Shown: one piece after another, positions 28,234 to 42,539 of the stretch
Position numbering within the stretch: position 1 is the stretch's first letter
Layout of the letters: each line of letters opens with the position of its first letter
From: Octopus vulgaris
Lineage: Eukaryota
Assembly: GCA_951406725.2 (NCBI GenBank)
Contig: OX597826.1
Span: forward strand, 5,704,001-5,768,000
Reading direction: 5' to 3'
DNA length: 64,000 nt
Notes under the pieces: model-generated
What the model saw: the letters and a program-made list of their open reading frames with translations, nothing else
What the model was told of the DNA's origin: nothing
Database searches by the model: none
Made by a program: the position numbers and the translations under genes

Positions 28234-28418
28234 GGTATATGTTGGTGTGTCTGTGTTTGTCCCCCATCACCGCTTGACAACCGATGCTGGTATGTTTACT
28301 TCCCCGTAACCTAACGGTTCGGCAAAAGATACCGATAAATTAAGAGCTAGGCTTCCAAATGCGGTGCTCCAGCATGGCCGCAGTCAAATGACTGAAACAA
28401 GTAAAAGAGTAAAAGATT
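27997..28418 (+). mobile_element. tRNA-type SINE with an internal (TA)n
   Basis: A-box-like TGGCTGTTTGG and B-box-like GGTTCATTCCC, with tail GCATGGCCGCAGTCAAATGACTGAAACAAGTAAAAGAGTAAAAGA. Paralogs lie at 27401 and 43189. Confidence 0.85.
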
Positions 28419-28596
28419 AACTACATAAATATATATCAAAGACTCATAATTTGTAAACGTTTATATATGTCAATACCACGTTGAACTGCGGTAGTAGTGC
28501 GCTTTACACTTCCTCATTGCCTCTTTAGATCTGTATACGAAACGAAGTAACAAAAATCATTGTTGGTTCTAATTTCTATAGGTTATCTGTAGAAAT

Positions 28597-28856
28597 GTTT
28601 TTTTATTTGTTCCTTCTCGAGCCATGCCACGATGCGAAGCCGGTCCATCGCAGGTAAGCTGCAAGATGCAGGAGGAAAGATTGAGAGAAAGTTGTAGCGA
28701 AAGAGTCAGCAGAGGTTCGCCATTACCTTCTGCCAGAGCTGCGGTGGAGCTGAGGTGGTCCGCTCATAAACACACTCATCTCCCGGTCTGAGATTCGAAC
28801 CCGCGATCCTTCGACCACGAGACCGCTGCTCTAAACACTAGGCCATGTGCCTCCAC
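28597..28856 (-). mobile_element. tRNA-type SINE with a 12 bp target-site duplication
   Basis: Reverse complement of the 59767 copy (B-box GGTTCGAATCTC). Flanked by ATCTGTAGAAAT (28585-28596) and ATCTATAGAAAT (28857-28868). Confidence 0.88.
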
Positions 28857-29559
28857 ATCTATAGAAATAATCTTAACAAATAATGTAAAAACATTTAATA
28901 TACTTTGTAGTATATTATTCTTGCAAAACGAAATACTACATACCTACAAAATATTAGTATTTACTTACCAGCTTTCATATGCGTTTAATATGTAAATTGG
29001 TATATCGAATAGCTTTACACTGTTATATATACAGGCTATTTGAAGAATGTGTTCGAGAATGATTAATGGGTTAGAGGGATACTGAGAAATGGGCAACCAC
29101 TCCAACCCGAATATGATATATACGACCATTACTCATTTTTTATATTCGATCTCATTGTTTGCTTACGTCTGACGTCTCGTATACGAAACGTGGTAACAAA
29201 ATTCAGAGCTGGCTAAATTTCAATAGAATATCTGTAGAAATAACCTTAACTGATAACTCGGAGACTTAATCTAACCTTGATGAATGTCTTCATAGAAAAC
29301 AAAGATACATATAATAGAAAACTGACGGACTTTCTAAACTCTTTACATTTCATTATTCATTTACTGGCTTTAGCCATTTTATGACAGCCAAGTTAGGTTA
29401 CTGTAGTAAGTAGTAATAGTAACGTAATATCTATCTCATTATGAAACTTATGTTATTGACCTCGGTTTTCGCGAAACGCTATGTTACAATTTAAATATAA
29501 AAATCTCATGCAGCATAGACATTTTGGTCAAGAAGAGCAATTTCCAGTGAGTAAGAAAT

Positions 29560-30358
29560 TTGATTTCATAGAACCCAGTGCTCAATTGGTATTTATTTTA
29601 TCCTCCCCGACAGAATGATGGGCAAAGTCACCCTCGGCAAACTTTGAAGTTAGAACGTAAATTTAAAAGGATTGGCGCTAACCATTTTACCCGGTTTGTT
29701 AACGATTCCTCCTGCAACACTTTATGTAAGGCATAGATGTTGCTTTCAAATTTTGGCACAAGGCCAGCCGGTTCTGGGGATTAGGTAAGTTGACTATATT
29801 GACCCCCAATGCTGAACTTGTACTTATATTAATGACTTTGAAAGTATGAAAGGTAAAGTCGAACTCATCAGAATTTGAACTCAGAGTGTAAAATCGGATG
29901 AAATGCGGCTAAGCATCTTGACCGGTGTGCTAACGATTCTTACTTTTTTATTGCCCACAAGGGGCTAAACATAGAGGGGATAAATAAGGGCAGACAAAGG
30001 GATTAAGTCGGTTACATCGACCCCAGTGCGTAACTGGTACTTAATTTATCGACCCCGAAAGGTTGAAAGGCAAAGTCGACCATGGCGGAATTTGAACTCA
30101 GAACGTAAAGACAGACGAAATACCGCTAAGAATTTCGCCCGGCCTGCCAACGATTCTGCCAGCTTACTGCTTAGCTAATGCAAATGATATTAAGAATACA
30201 TATAGGTTTCAAATACTGACACAAACCCAGCAATTTTCAATAATTTTTCAGTGCTTTCAGTTGTCCTCTGCAGAATTGGAACTCAGAACGTGAAGAGGGA
30301 CGAGATGGCACTGAGCAGCTTGATCAGGATGCTAACGATTCCGTCAGATCGTCGCCCT
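29560..30358 (-). mobile_element. Cluster of 3-4 adjacent or nested copies of the 37494-family SINE
   Basis: CCCCAGTG..AA.TGGTA.TTA.TTTATC, GGCAAAGTC, GAATTTGAACTCAGAACGT and AACGATTC recur. The best copy is 29945-30170. Confidence 0.8.
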
Positions 30359-31934
30359 ATATCAAGCATAGGTATCAAGTAAAAGTAGTATGATGAGGCT
30401 TTTGTACAGAGTGATAATTTGTAGCCAACAAACTGAATATTTACTTTTTGTATAGTTATCACCTGATCTCCATTATGCCTAAAGCTAAAACACTTATTTA
30501 GGTTTCAACTACCTAATTTATATCTCTATAAATATGTGGCTTTACGGCACTATACAATATTTCATCAAATAAAACTCCGTCAATTTGTAGATAATTTTAT
30601 TGGCTTGCAATTCTATGTTCCATTCGTCTGAAATAAAATTATTTTAATTAGACTGGCATTATATCAATAATTACCTTATAGACTGTAAGAAGCAAAACGT
30701 ACACCTAGGCACTAGATTGGATTCAGTGAAACGAAATGAAGAAAACTCTTTTTTTTCCCCACTTATCACAAACATATGTTTACACTGAAATCCCAGGCGC
30801 CAACTTAGATTTATATGATCGTTGCATTACTATATAATCAGTGTACCGTCATCTCGTGCCACCAGCCAGGTTTTCAAGTCACATACATGATTGCCCAGTT
30901 CTATAACCATTAATCCTGACAACAAACGTTAATCATACTTCATAAGATTACTGAGTATAATAAATGAGTGTCTCTAAATACCATCTTGTATACGTCCACG
31001 TCCTACAAAATGTTTAAATTTGCAACATAAAAGTATCCCTATTTACAGGTATCTTCACTACAAACAACCCAAGTTCGTGGATTAAATATATTTTCACCAA
31101 GTTTCTATCGAATTTTGCTATATGCACCTTTATAAGTGCACCTTTATCAGTGCACCTTTATATGCACCTTTATCAGTGCCAGCTCTGTGCAGATTAAGTT
31201 TCAACATAAGGTACCAAAGAATTCTGATTCATTTGCATCCAGTACCACTCTGCATAAACAAACACCTCAACCATCTCACTTTTCTGTATAAAATCTCTTG
31301 TCACTATAAATATGCAAGAACTATGAAAAGCAATGGTCATCTCAGCATTATTAGTGTTACTGATATCGCTTGTAAGGAATTAGTACAGCAGTACTACTCT
31401 CATATTCATTAAAATGTTCAATCGCTCTCTTTTTCTCTCTCTCTCTCTCTCTCTCTGTATCTCTATCTTTGCACTTATCAGGGCATATGTCAGATACTCA
31501 GGGCATCATATCACTATTCTCCAAAACGCAGTTACTCCAAACTAAATACCGGCCTATTCACATACGTTCACATGTTTCACATATCAATGAAGTAATGAGT
31601 GGAAGCCGCATTTTTCGTCTACTTGCGTTCGTTCGTCTAATGTTTGTCCACATGTTTTATATTTTCAACTTCAGCCCAATCATTTCTAGGTATTGTTGAA
31701 ATATATTGCCCTTGCTGTTAAAATTCCCTGCTGTACGCACCTAATTCCATCTTTTAAAGTGCATTCGAAGTTGCCCAACATCATCACTATTTACTGGCTG
31801 TCACAACCAAGCAATATGTGGTCACAAATTGAGACAGTATTTTCTTCGTTATCTTTAGAGACACCCTATATCATAAATATCGTCTTTAACTCAAACATTC
31901 ACTAATATTAAGTGCACTTCTTTAAGGCTAAGAC

Positions 31935-32105
31935 CAGGCTGAATCGTTACCACGCTGGACAAATGCTTAGGAGTAAGTAGTTCGTTCGTCCTTACGTTCT
32001 GTGTTCTTGTTCCGCGGAAGTCGACTTGCTTTTCATCATTTTCGGGGTCGATAAACTAAATGTCATTTGAGTGCAGGATTAGATGTAATCGAATTACCTA
32101 CTTCC
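31935..32105 (+). mobile_element. Decayed 37494-family SINE
   Basis: GAATCGTTACCACGCTGG...TTACGTTCTG...GTCGACTTGCTTTTCATCATTTTCGGGGTCGATAAA. Confidence 0.65.
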
Positions 32106-32440
32106 CCGAACATGATGAAGTTATGCTGAAATATGAATTCAATATCAAGTGCACATCTGTATATAAGAATTAAAATTGGCATTGAAAATATAAGGATTTA
32201 TTTTTAAATATTTCACATAATTTTGACGACTTAATTAATGATTTAAACATACATTGAGAATAGCCCTTCTTCAGGTTGGTGTGTGAATGCGTATAAAGTA
32301 CGCTTATACCTAGAGTTGAAATCTTATCATCATATCGTCATTATTCGTTATTATTTCAAACCTTTGCTAACAACTGTCTCTCAGCCATTTCTATCGGAAT
32401 GCGTGCGTCTCAGTGAAGGTATGAGTTGAGTTTGAATACG

Positions 32441-32472
<32 letters not shown>

Positions 32473-34480
32473 GAGAGAAATAGAGAGAGAAAGAGATACA
32501 GAAAGAGATAAATAGATAGATAGATAGACAGACAGACAAGGAGATAGATTGATAGATATAGTCAGAGAGAGAAATATTTATATTAAATTTGTTCGACCCC
32601 AAAAAAATCGACGAATATATTGTAGTAAAGATATAAAAAGAAGGAAGGTGTACGAAGAGTGTATATATATATAAGTATCCAGATATATAATTACACACAT
32701 ATTGATATATGTGCATATATGAATGTATGTATGTATATAATATATATATATATGCATGCGTACAAATATGCATACACCAAACACTAGCACGAGAATACAC
32801 TCATATAATAGGAGATAAGTTTTATACGCAAATCTATAAAGAAAAGGAGATGCATTAATTACCTTAAGATAAATATATTATACTAAATATTTATTGTCTA
32901 TTATATCATATTAACACCCGACGGAAATGCGTCTGAATATAAAAACTAACGTTAAATTATTGTGGTTTTTTTTTATCATAGTTTTAAATAATTTCGTTTT
33001 TTCATAGATTCTATGTATGAATATCTCTTAATTAGCTTTTCAATTTTAGACAAATGACATCTCATAAATGTATTTGAAAGAAAAAAATACATAAAAGCGA
33101 ATAATATCTTTAATGCGAATGACCGAATATTATCAAAATTCACAATACAGTATTGACAAGAAATTGGTTAAGTCTGATGCGATGGCATTCAAAGCTGTTC
33201 TACTTTTGTATTTCCATAAATGGTGCTGTAACCGATGAGTTGATAAACACAGACTAAGAATACACACCACAGCTATATCTTCACATAAACGAACATAAGT
33301 TAGTAGCAAATTAGCCTTTTAGTTTGGAACAAAGAATCCGGTCCACTTCACTAAAAGATACCTTTGATGAGTTTTAGCTTCTCACCATTTCTCGACTAAT
33401 TTGTACGAAACTATGGCGCTTAAACAAACCAAAATAACACCGCTCTGCAATTGCTATTTTCCTTTCTTCATCTTTCAAACCCAAGCTTGCAGTAACTCCT
33501 TGTTAAATACTTGTCTTCATGATCTGTTTCACTACAATACATACGCAGATAACACACAGCCGAAGTTTTCACATTTCTGCTCCCTAACTGAGTAAATAAA
33601 TTCTTAAATAAATTCTTAAATAAACCCTTAATTGCCCTTGAAATATGCGTTCAATAGATCTCTCCTTTCACAGTATAATTCTACAAGATTTTTCTGTTCT
33701 GAAATACAGTACCAGAATGGAACCAGCTATTTCTTTCCTCATGCGCTTTCACATGTATACAATACTATCAACTACATCAGAAGTACTATCAGTATTTGTA
33801 AAGGCATCAAATCGTTCAGCAATAATCTGTTGCCAACATTCCACAATGTTAGATCGCAGGTGTTATCCTCATTGTAATTTATGGTACGGTGCTATCATTA
33901 TATAGACCTATACAAGTTTCTTTCTACATAAAACACACGGATTATATTCAAGTAACACACTATCCTATCTTACTGCGTGTTTTTTATGATATATAAATAT
34001 AAAAATTATACGTATTAATAATTAATTATTATCAATAGTTCCATCTAGCTAAATCCTCTGGACGTACCTATCTCTCATTCACCTAATTCATCTAACCTTC
34101 CAAATCTCAATCAATATATGTCCACGCTTTCCTCTATACGATTTCGAACTCCCGAAATCCATTTCTCCGTTACGGCTCCCTGGAGATGCTGACCTATAAA
34201 CGTGATCTATAAATGAACAAATACCGCAGACATTCACCAGATTGGGTGGGCTCTCAAAAGCAATTTACAATACATCGAGGTTAATAATTTTGTTAGTACT
34301 GTGAGAATTCCGTTCTGCCTACAAGCTTCGCCCTTACGAAATATTGTTCATTACTATTACATGTAGCTAGACAGTATGAAGTAATATGTGTTCAGTTAAG
34401 TAGCTGGAGAAGTCCGTGTTTCTTTTACCTTTAGAAATACAATTATGCACACGTACATGCATTCATATACACTTACGTTG

Positions 34481-34530
<50 letters not shown>

Positions 34531-36325
34531 GCATACATACATATAAGTATATACACAGAAGGACAGATGGAGAGGAAGATAGATAAAGAAAGAGATAGAA
34601 ATAAATAGACTGGGAGACACACACAAATACACACAAATAAATACGCAGGCTTACGCTTAAACATAATTTCTCGCGTCAAAATGGAACACCTACATAACTA
34701 CAGTACATGAAACAATGAAGACCCCATTGTAGAATTCAAGGTTTCTTGTTTTTATTTCGTTTCTCAGGTCAATCTATTTTAGATTTAATTACATTAATCT
34801 CTCTTCCTTTTCATTGTGTTTCTATTTTATAGCTTTCTTCCCGCTTCTTTTTATTATTTTACTCTATTTTTAATCTATAACTTCAAAGTTTTCATAGCAT
34901 GTGTGTGTGTGTGTTTTGCGCGTTCTATTTTTTAAACCTCGTTTACTTTGCTTTGTATAAATAAATGGCAAACTCGTTTAGTATAACTGGTGTTCAGATG
35001 CAGGAAGCTTTTCCACGTGACGCTCAGTTAAAGAACATTTCATAAAATACATTTGAAATAAATTAGAAGCAAATTTTCACAAAATAAAACAAGGCAACAT
35101 ATATACGTATAGAAATAGAATAGTTTCACTAGCATCATTGCGTTCTTTCTATTTTCCATATATGAAGACGAGATTTGGAATATTATACTGTCAATTGAAA
35201 AGAAAACTAATTAGGGCAGTTCTCTCCCTTATCGAATATTCTTAATCATCGATGAATTTTAAGTCATTTAACTATCATGAATTCATTCTCTCTATGTATT
35301 AGAGGTCAAACTCGAATTCCGAGCCCGTAAAATTTACTAATGCAAACCTTTCTGTCGACTCTGATAAATCCAACATATTGATTTCGACACGCTTATAAGA
35401 AAATATCCGAATAATATCCAACAATTTCCTCCAACTCCTTTAGTCATTGACGACTCCAGGATTCAGAGTATGATAGTGGAGAGTAGAGATCATTTGACTG
35501 CTATTTGATTTAATATCAACGAGTTTTACCTGGGGGTACAGAACTGGTCACTAAATGGTGACGCATAAAATTCAGCAGAGTCTGGACTTTTACTTCAAAT
35601 TTATTGTCACAATGATAAAATGGGAAAAAAAGACTGAGATAGCGATGAAGAAAGAAGGCGCATTACTGATAGTTTGATCCCTATTTGTTTGAAGATTTAC
35701 GGAATCAGGGGACATGTAGGGTCATACAGCAATGGAAAGTACATTAAATCATTAGAGTATAAATATTTCAATAATAGTGAGAAAAAGATTGTCTCAATAT
35801 AAAAGTATTCAAAACAATCGAGAAAAAATTATGGTTAGGTAATCGAAGAAAAATATTGTTTGAGCAACTGATAGTTTGTGATGGTACAACCGGAAGCGCT
35901 AGTTAACAGAAATTAAATTATTACCGGGAAATGATTTAGTAGTGTGTGCAAAAACAATAACACTCTGCCCCCCTCTCTCTCTCTTTCTCCCTCTCTCTCT
36001 CTCTCTCACTAATCGCACATACACACACATACATATACAGAGATATTCGGTCAAGATAGATAGATTCATAGATAGATAGATAGACAGCCAGATAGACAAA
36101 CAGCTAGCGAGCTAACTAGATAGATAGATAGGTCCATAAAGAGACAGTCAGCTAATTACATAAGTAGATACATACATATATACACATATACATAAAAGTG
36201 TGTGTACTTGTTTAAATCAGATACTGAATTTGCACAGCGTACGTGATCGGTTGGGATTTTCAGGATTTGAAATTAAAAGGAAAAATCAACTTATATTATC
36301 GGGTATTTCTTATCATACATACACA

Positions 36326-36423
<98 letters not shown>

Positions 36424-37376
36424 GACACATGGTCACATTGCTTGTTTTATCTCAAGTTACGTATAAATTGGGAAGACATATGACCTAGTGTTTGTTGCTG
36501 CATTCAAGAGCGCATAGACTGTAAGTTCAATTTTCGGACCCGGCTGTGCTTTGAGTTCTTGAGCAAATCATTTCATTTTAAGTTGTTCTGCTGGTGGGAC
36601 AGCACCAGCATCACTGACGCGCCGACAGAAATGCTTTACAGTATGAAGAAAGGAGCGCGAAACAACTCCAAAATTCGCCCCATGTCTAGTCATGGATATC
36701 CATAGTTCCCGCCCAGTTCGTACAGAGATTGCTGCAGAAGGTCAACATGCAAGGGACCTGACTAGGGACCGACAACTACTAGATTGGATACATAGATCAA
36801 TTTAACATTAAACTGAAAGAGTATGCAATACATATAAATTTTTTCAAGTGAAACCTTCACAATGAATTCGAGGTTTGTAGGTGTTAGATTTCATGAGACT
36901 GACAGCCCGATAAAGATGCGGGACCCGAACATTGAAATCGCTATTCATGGAGAAAGTTGCATAATACACATATACATAGTCAATCACTCAATCACACAAA
37001 TACACAAACATACCTATATGTATATATATACATACACACACATGCATATATATATACACATATATGTATATATGTGTATATATATATACACATATATGTA
37101 TATATGTATATATATATATATATACATATATATGTATATATTTGTCTATATTATTAGAATTATCCTGCGTTTGAGATTAAAATTATTTCTTTTTATATAT
37201 ATATATATACTTGCAGAAATACCCGGTGTTGCCCAGTTTGAAAACAATAATGAAATTTCAAAACGTCTTTTAGATTGTGCAGGTCTCGATTACTAGTAAA
37301 TGAGATACAAGCTTTCTACATTGATAACTGACCAACCCATGCGAGCATAGAACATAACCACTGGGCCATTGCGTCT

Positions 37377-37436
<60 letters not shown>

Positions 37437-37493
37437 ATACACGCACACATTCATACACACACACATACATATATATGTATATGGTACATGACG

Positions 37494-37724
37494 GGCGGCG
37501 AGATGGCAGAAACGTTAGCACGCCGGGCGAAATGCGTAGCCGTATTTCGTATGCCGTTACGTTCTGAGTTCAAATTCCGCCGAGGTTGACTTTGCCTTTC
37601 TTCCTTTCGGGGTCGACTAAATAAGTACCAGTTACGCACTGGGGTCGATGTAATCGACTTAATCCGTGTGTCTGTCCTTGTTTGTCCTGTCTGTGTTTAG
37701 CCCCTTGTGGGTAGTAAAGAAATA
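37494..37724 (+). mobile_element. Full-length young tRNA-type SINE (Meta-domain-like core) with a 13 bp TSD, nested in an older minus-strand SINE
   Basis: B-box GAGTTCAAATTCC and core GCCTTTC.TCCTTTCGGGGTCGA.TAAATAAGTACCAG. GGTACATGACGGG is duplicated at 37483-37495 and 37725-37737. Confidence 0.9.
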
Positions 37725-38321
37725 GGTACATGACGGGTTTTTTTCATTTTTCCACTCACAAGGCTATGGTCAACACAAGATTGTAGTTGGAGACATTCGC
37801 CTACGTTTCCATGCAGTGGATCGGAACTGGAACCGTGTCATTTGGAAGCAAGTTTCATAACACACCCACGCCTATGTCTATACACCCATCCATCCATCCA
37901 CCATACATCCATCTTTCCATACATACATACACCCATGCATAGAGCATTATAATTATACTGAGTCAGAGCAAGCTTATATAGTGATACAGTATTGTATGGT
38001 TATAATACTTTAATAAAGAAAACAGACGGTACTATGTTCACTTCTGTGTATATGGTATTCGTATTAGACTTCAACTCTGTATGATATTATCTCACAAATT
38101 TTGTCAGACCTATTTACGAAATGGTCATAGTCTTGTCTGTTGTGTTTCAAAACAATGATGCTTTTTGAATGGCCATGCACATGAAAATCTATGCAACTGA
38201 AAAATATATATGAGAGGTCTCAGTAGAATATCATATATGAGATGTAATTGCCAACATGCGAATTGTTATAACAACCAAAGAGCTTTAAATTTTCAATACA
38301 AAAATTTCGATAGCACACACA

Positions 38322-38355
<34 letters not shown>

Positions 38356-38646
38356 TGCACGCATAGAAACACAGAAAGCAGAAAACACTTACGAAGCACT
38401 TGTGAATAAAATGAATCATTATTTACGTCCCGAAATATATCTTTGTTTTCATTTGTATGTGTATTTAGATGCGGCTACACTTCCTGGTATCTCCCATTAT
38501 GAGTACACATATGTTTACGTATAAATAAACCTAATTTATTTAAATAACCATACAACAATACGCACGTTAGCACACACGTGTATAGCCATCTACACATTGA
38601 TCGCACATGTATATACATACAGAAGAGACACGCATACGTATTTATG

Positions 38647-38689
<43 letters not shown>

Positions 38690-38764
38690 TTACTTGTGTG
38701 TCTGTATATATATGAGTATATGTATATACGTATTAGTCTATCTATCGATCTATCTAATATATAT

Positions 38765-38798
<34 letters not shown>

Positions 38799-39010
38799 GT
38801 ACGTAGGCGCACATATTTGTGTAAACAATGCATTACTTGTAAATAACATTATTTGATACAATCATCTTGCTACATGGTGGAATGAAAAATGAGGTAAGAA
38901 AAAAAAATACTTAATATATAACCAAACTTGACTAAACAATTCTGCCACCTCTGTGGGGATTTTACATTGTATTCTGTTGAAATGTATTCGCATATATAAG
39001 TGTTTGTGAG

Positions 39011-39041
<31 letters not shown>

Positions 39042-39616
39042 GTACACACATATATATATATACATGCAATCATACATATATACATCCATACATTTACATA
39101 TATATATATATGTATGTATGTATATATATATATATAGCTGATGCATAGGAACTTTTGTAAAATGTTGGAAAATGTAAGCTGATCATGTGATTATATTTAT
39201 GCGAACACTATAACGTTAGATTTGAGGGAATAAGGAAATATGTAAAAACAACAAAATAATATTTTTAAAAAAAACGTTAAAGTAAACTCAAATTTGCCGA
39301 AGATGATACTCTTGGGAATGTATTTTTCATATATTATATGTTGCATTCATAGCAAAACAAAAAAAAATATATAAAGAATAAAAATGGCAGAATGACATAG
39401 AGAGAAATTCTGAGAGACCAATTGTATCATGTCAAAAAAAAATTAAAAAAAAAAAGAAAACTTCCGCTTGTATATACGTATAGATGTACACTAAAATATA
39501 TGGCACTCTTATGTAGAGAAAATACATATACGGGAACCACATATATTCAAAATAATTATCAAGTATACATATTTCATACGCACACACATCACACAGACAA
39601 ACATATACAAAATACA

Positions 39617-39657
<41 letters not shown>

Positions 39658-39674
39658 ATACATATATATACATG

Positions 39675-39715
<41 letters not shown>

Positions 39716-39726
39716 TATATAGAAGG

Positions 39727-39777
39727 AGCTTCTACAGGACTAGTACTGTTTCATTCAAGAGAAATCTTCAGGAAGCT
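39727..39777 (-). ncRNA. Hammerhead ribozyme candidate (left arm copy)
   Basis: Exact reverse complement of 42122-42172. Confidence 0.75.
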
Positions 39778-40189
39778 ATTTAACAAGAATTGTATTAGCA
39801 TTTATACATTTAGAGGAGTGGTGGTGGGGGACTTTTTGGGGGTAGGCATAGCGCAAAATATCATACTTGGGGAGTGGTCAAGGTAATAAAAAAATAAAAA
39901 AATAAAAAATAAAAAAATAAAAAGATAAAATAAAAGAATAAAAATAAAAAATATAAAAAATATAAAAAATATAAAAAATATAAAAAAAATATAAAAAATA
40001 TTAGAAATAGCAGCCAATAAAGTTTTTTAGCCTCTTCCACTACTTAGAGAATTTTTTCCCTCTAACATTGTTTACTCAAAATAATAATGGTCCCTTTACA
40101 TACTGAACACTTGATGAAATTGATTAATAACTAATTAACTTTACCCCCCTTGTTGATATATATATACATATGTATATGTGTACATGTAT

Positions 40190-40225
<36 letters not shown>

Positions 40226-40466
40226 TTATGTGTGTATGTATGTATTTGTATATGTGTGTGTGTATATGTATGTGTGCGCGTGTGTGTGTATATGTACATG
40301 TATATATGTATGTGTGTATATGTATATATGTCTATATATGTGAGTATGTAGTAATATAAGTATATGCATGTGTATGTATGGGTATGTGTATCAGTGTATA
40401 TGTATATATTTATGTGTGTGTGTATGTATATGTATGTATATGTGTATATATGTATGCGTATATGTG

Positions 40467-40497
<31 letters not shown>

Positions 40498-40560
40498 GTG
40501 TATATGTGTGTGTACGTATGTGTATGTGTATGTATGTGTATATATGTCTATGTATGTATA

Positions 40561-40622
<62 letters not shown>

Positions 40623-40901
40623 TGCGTGTGTGTATGTATGCATATATGTATGTATGCATGTATATGTGTATGTATATATATGTGTGTAAGTGTGTGCATA
40701 TATGTATTTGTAAGTATGTGTGCGCGTATGAGTATGTATGTATGCTTGCACACGTGTATATATATATGTGTGTGTGTGTATTTATATGGATGCGCGTGCG
40801 TGTGTGCACGTGTATGGGTACGCATGTATATGTGTATGTGCGTGTATGCGTATACGTGTATGTATGTATGTGTGTGCGTAGATTTGTATATGTATGTGTG
40901 A

Positions 40902-40948
<47 letters not shown>

Positions 40949-41150
40949 TATAGATGGGTGTGTGTATGCGTATAAATGCATGTAAGTATGGATGTATAGA
41001 TGTATGTAGGTATGTATACGTATGTATGTGTGTATGTGTGTATGTATATATATGTGTGTGTATATATGTTTGTGTATGTATATATATGTGTATGTATGTG
41101 TGTGTATGTGTGTATGTGTATGTATGTGTATGTATGTATATATATATGTA

Positions 41151-41194
<44 letters not shown>

Positions 41195-41245
41195 TATGTA
41201 TCTGTATGTAGGAGTATATATGTGTGTGTGTGTATGTATATGCGG

Positions 41246-41277
<32 letters not shown>

Positions 41278-41663
41278 TTATTGGTGTATATGTATAGACT
41301 AGCCTCCTAAAGTGTAGACACGAATCTGTAGGTACGAGTACGTATGTGTATATACGTGAACGTATGTAGATGTTTGTATGTATGAATATAACGCGTGCGT
41401 ACGTGTATGTGTATGAGTGTACGAATGGGTGAATGTACGTGCTAATGAGTGTGCGTGCGGGAATGAGTAATTGCCTTCTAGTAGACAGACAAATGGACAA
41501 GCAGCTATTGCCAGGATTCTTAGCCTTAGCGATCAAAGATAACAAAAGTAATAAATGAAGATAATAAAATTAAAATTAGGGAATGGGCCTGTATTGGATT
41601 GTATATATATATATGTATATGTATATTTGTATGTATGTATGTGTGTATGTGTAGGTATGTATA

Positions 41664-41720
<57 letters not shown>

Positions 41721-42121
41721 AGATATATGTGTATGTGCGTATGTGTGTGTAGATACGTATACATGTGTGTATAGGTATAAGTGAGAATCTCCTTATTTAC
41801 CTATAACTCTATCCCCCCTTTTTTATATATATATTTTTTATATATATATTTTATATATATATTTTTTTATATTTTTTTATATATTTTTTTATATATATTT
41901 TTTATATTTTTTTTATATTTTTTATATTTTTTATATTTTTGATATTTTTTATTTTTATTCTTTTATTTTATCTTTTTATTTTTTTTATTTTTTTTTTTTT
42001 TTATTTTTTTATTACCTTGACCACTCCCCCAAGTATGATATTTTGCGCTATGCCTACCCCCAAAAAGTCCCCCACCACCACTCCTCTAAATGTATAAATG
42101 CTAATACAATTCTTGTTAAAT

Positions 42122-42172
42122 AGCTTCCTGAAGATTTCTCTTGAATGAAACAGTACTAGTCCTGTAGAAGCT
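42122..42172 (+). ncRNA. Hammerhead ribozyme candidate (right arm copy)
   Basis: AGCTTC-CTGAAGA-tTTC tctt GAAt-GAAA-CAG tactagtc CTG-TA-GAAGCT. Stem I is 6 perfect bp, the triplet is GUA, stem III is near-palindromic, and there is a U-U mismatch at the base of stem II. Confidence 0.78.
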
Positions 42173-42258
42173 CCTTCTATATAATAAATTAATTTTACTC
42201 TGCTATGTATTGAGTACCTTACTTACTGTGGTTAACCCCGAATCAACCCGGGAACTAC

Positions 42259-42293
<35 letters not shown>

Positions 42294-42312
42294 CAGAGAG
42301 AGAGAGATGTAC

Positions 42313-42365
<53 letters not shown>

Positions 42366-42392
42366 CATATGTGCGTGTGCCTGCATATTTGA

Positions 42393-42432
<40 letters not shown>

Positions 42433-42498
42433 TTCACGATAAGTGCGAATGCACGAAACTCTCGGTCTTGAGTAATTCTGTTGCTTCTCTTTAATAGT

Positions 42499-42539
<41 letters not shown>

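Larger units (their letters stand above)
39711..42188. repeat. Large inverted repeat: arms ~39711-40000 and ~41870-42188 around a ~1.8 kb mostly TA/TG low-complexity spacer
   Basis: About 175 bp of unique sequence plus an A-rich tract is reverse-complemented nearly perfectly. The only difference seen is one homopolymer length. Confidence 0.93.

Noticed and set aside
33170-33900. Non-repetitive stretches that may be old TE or exon remnants (also 8800-9340, 17950-18850, 36590-36790)
   Set aside because: No motif could be recognised with confidence; a translated search is needed.
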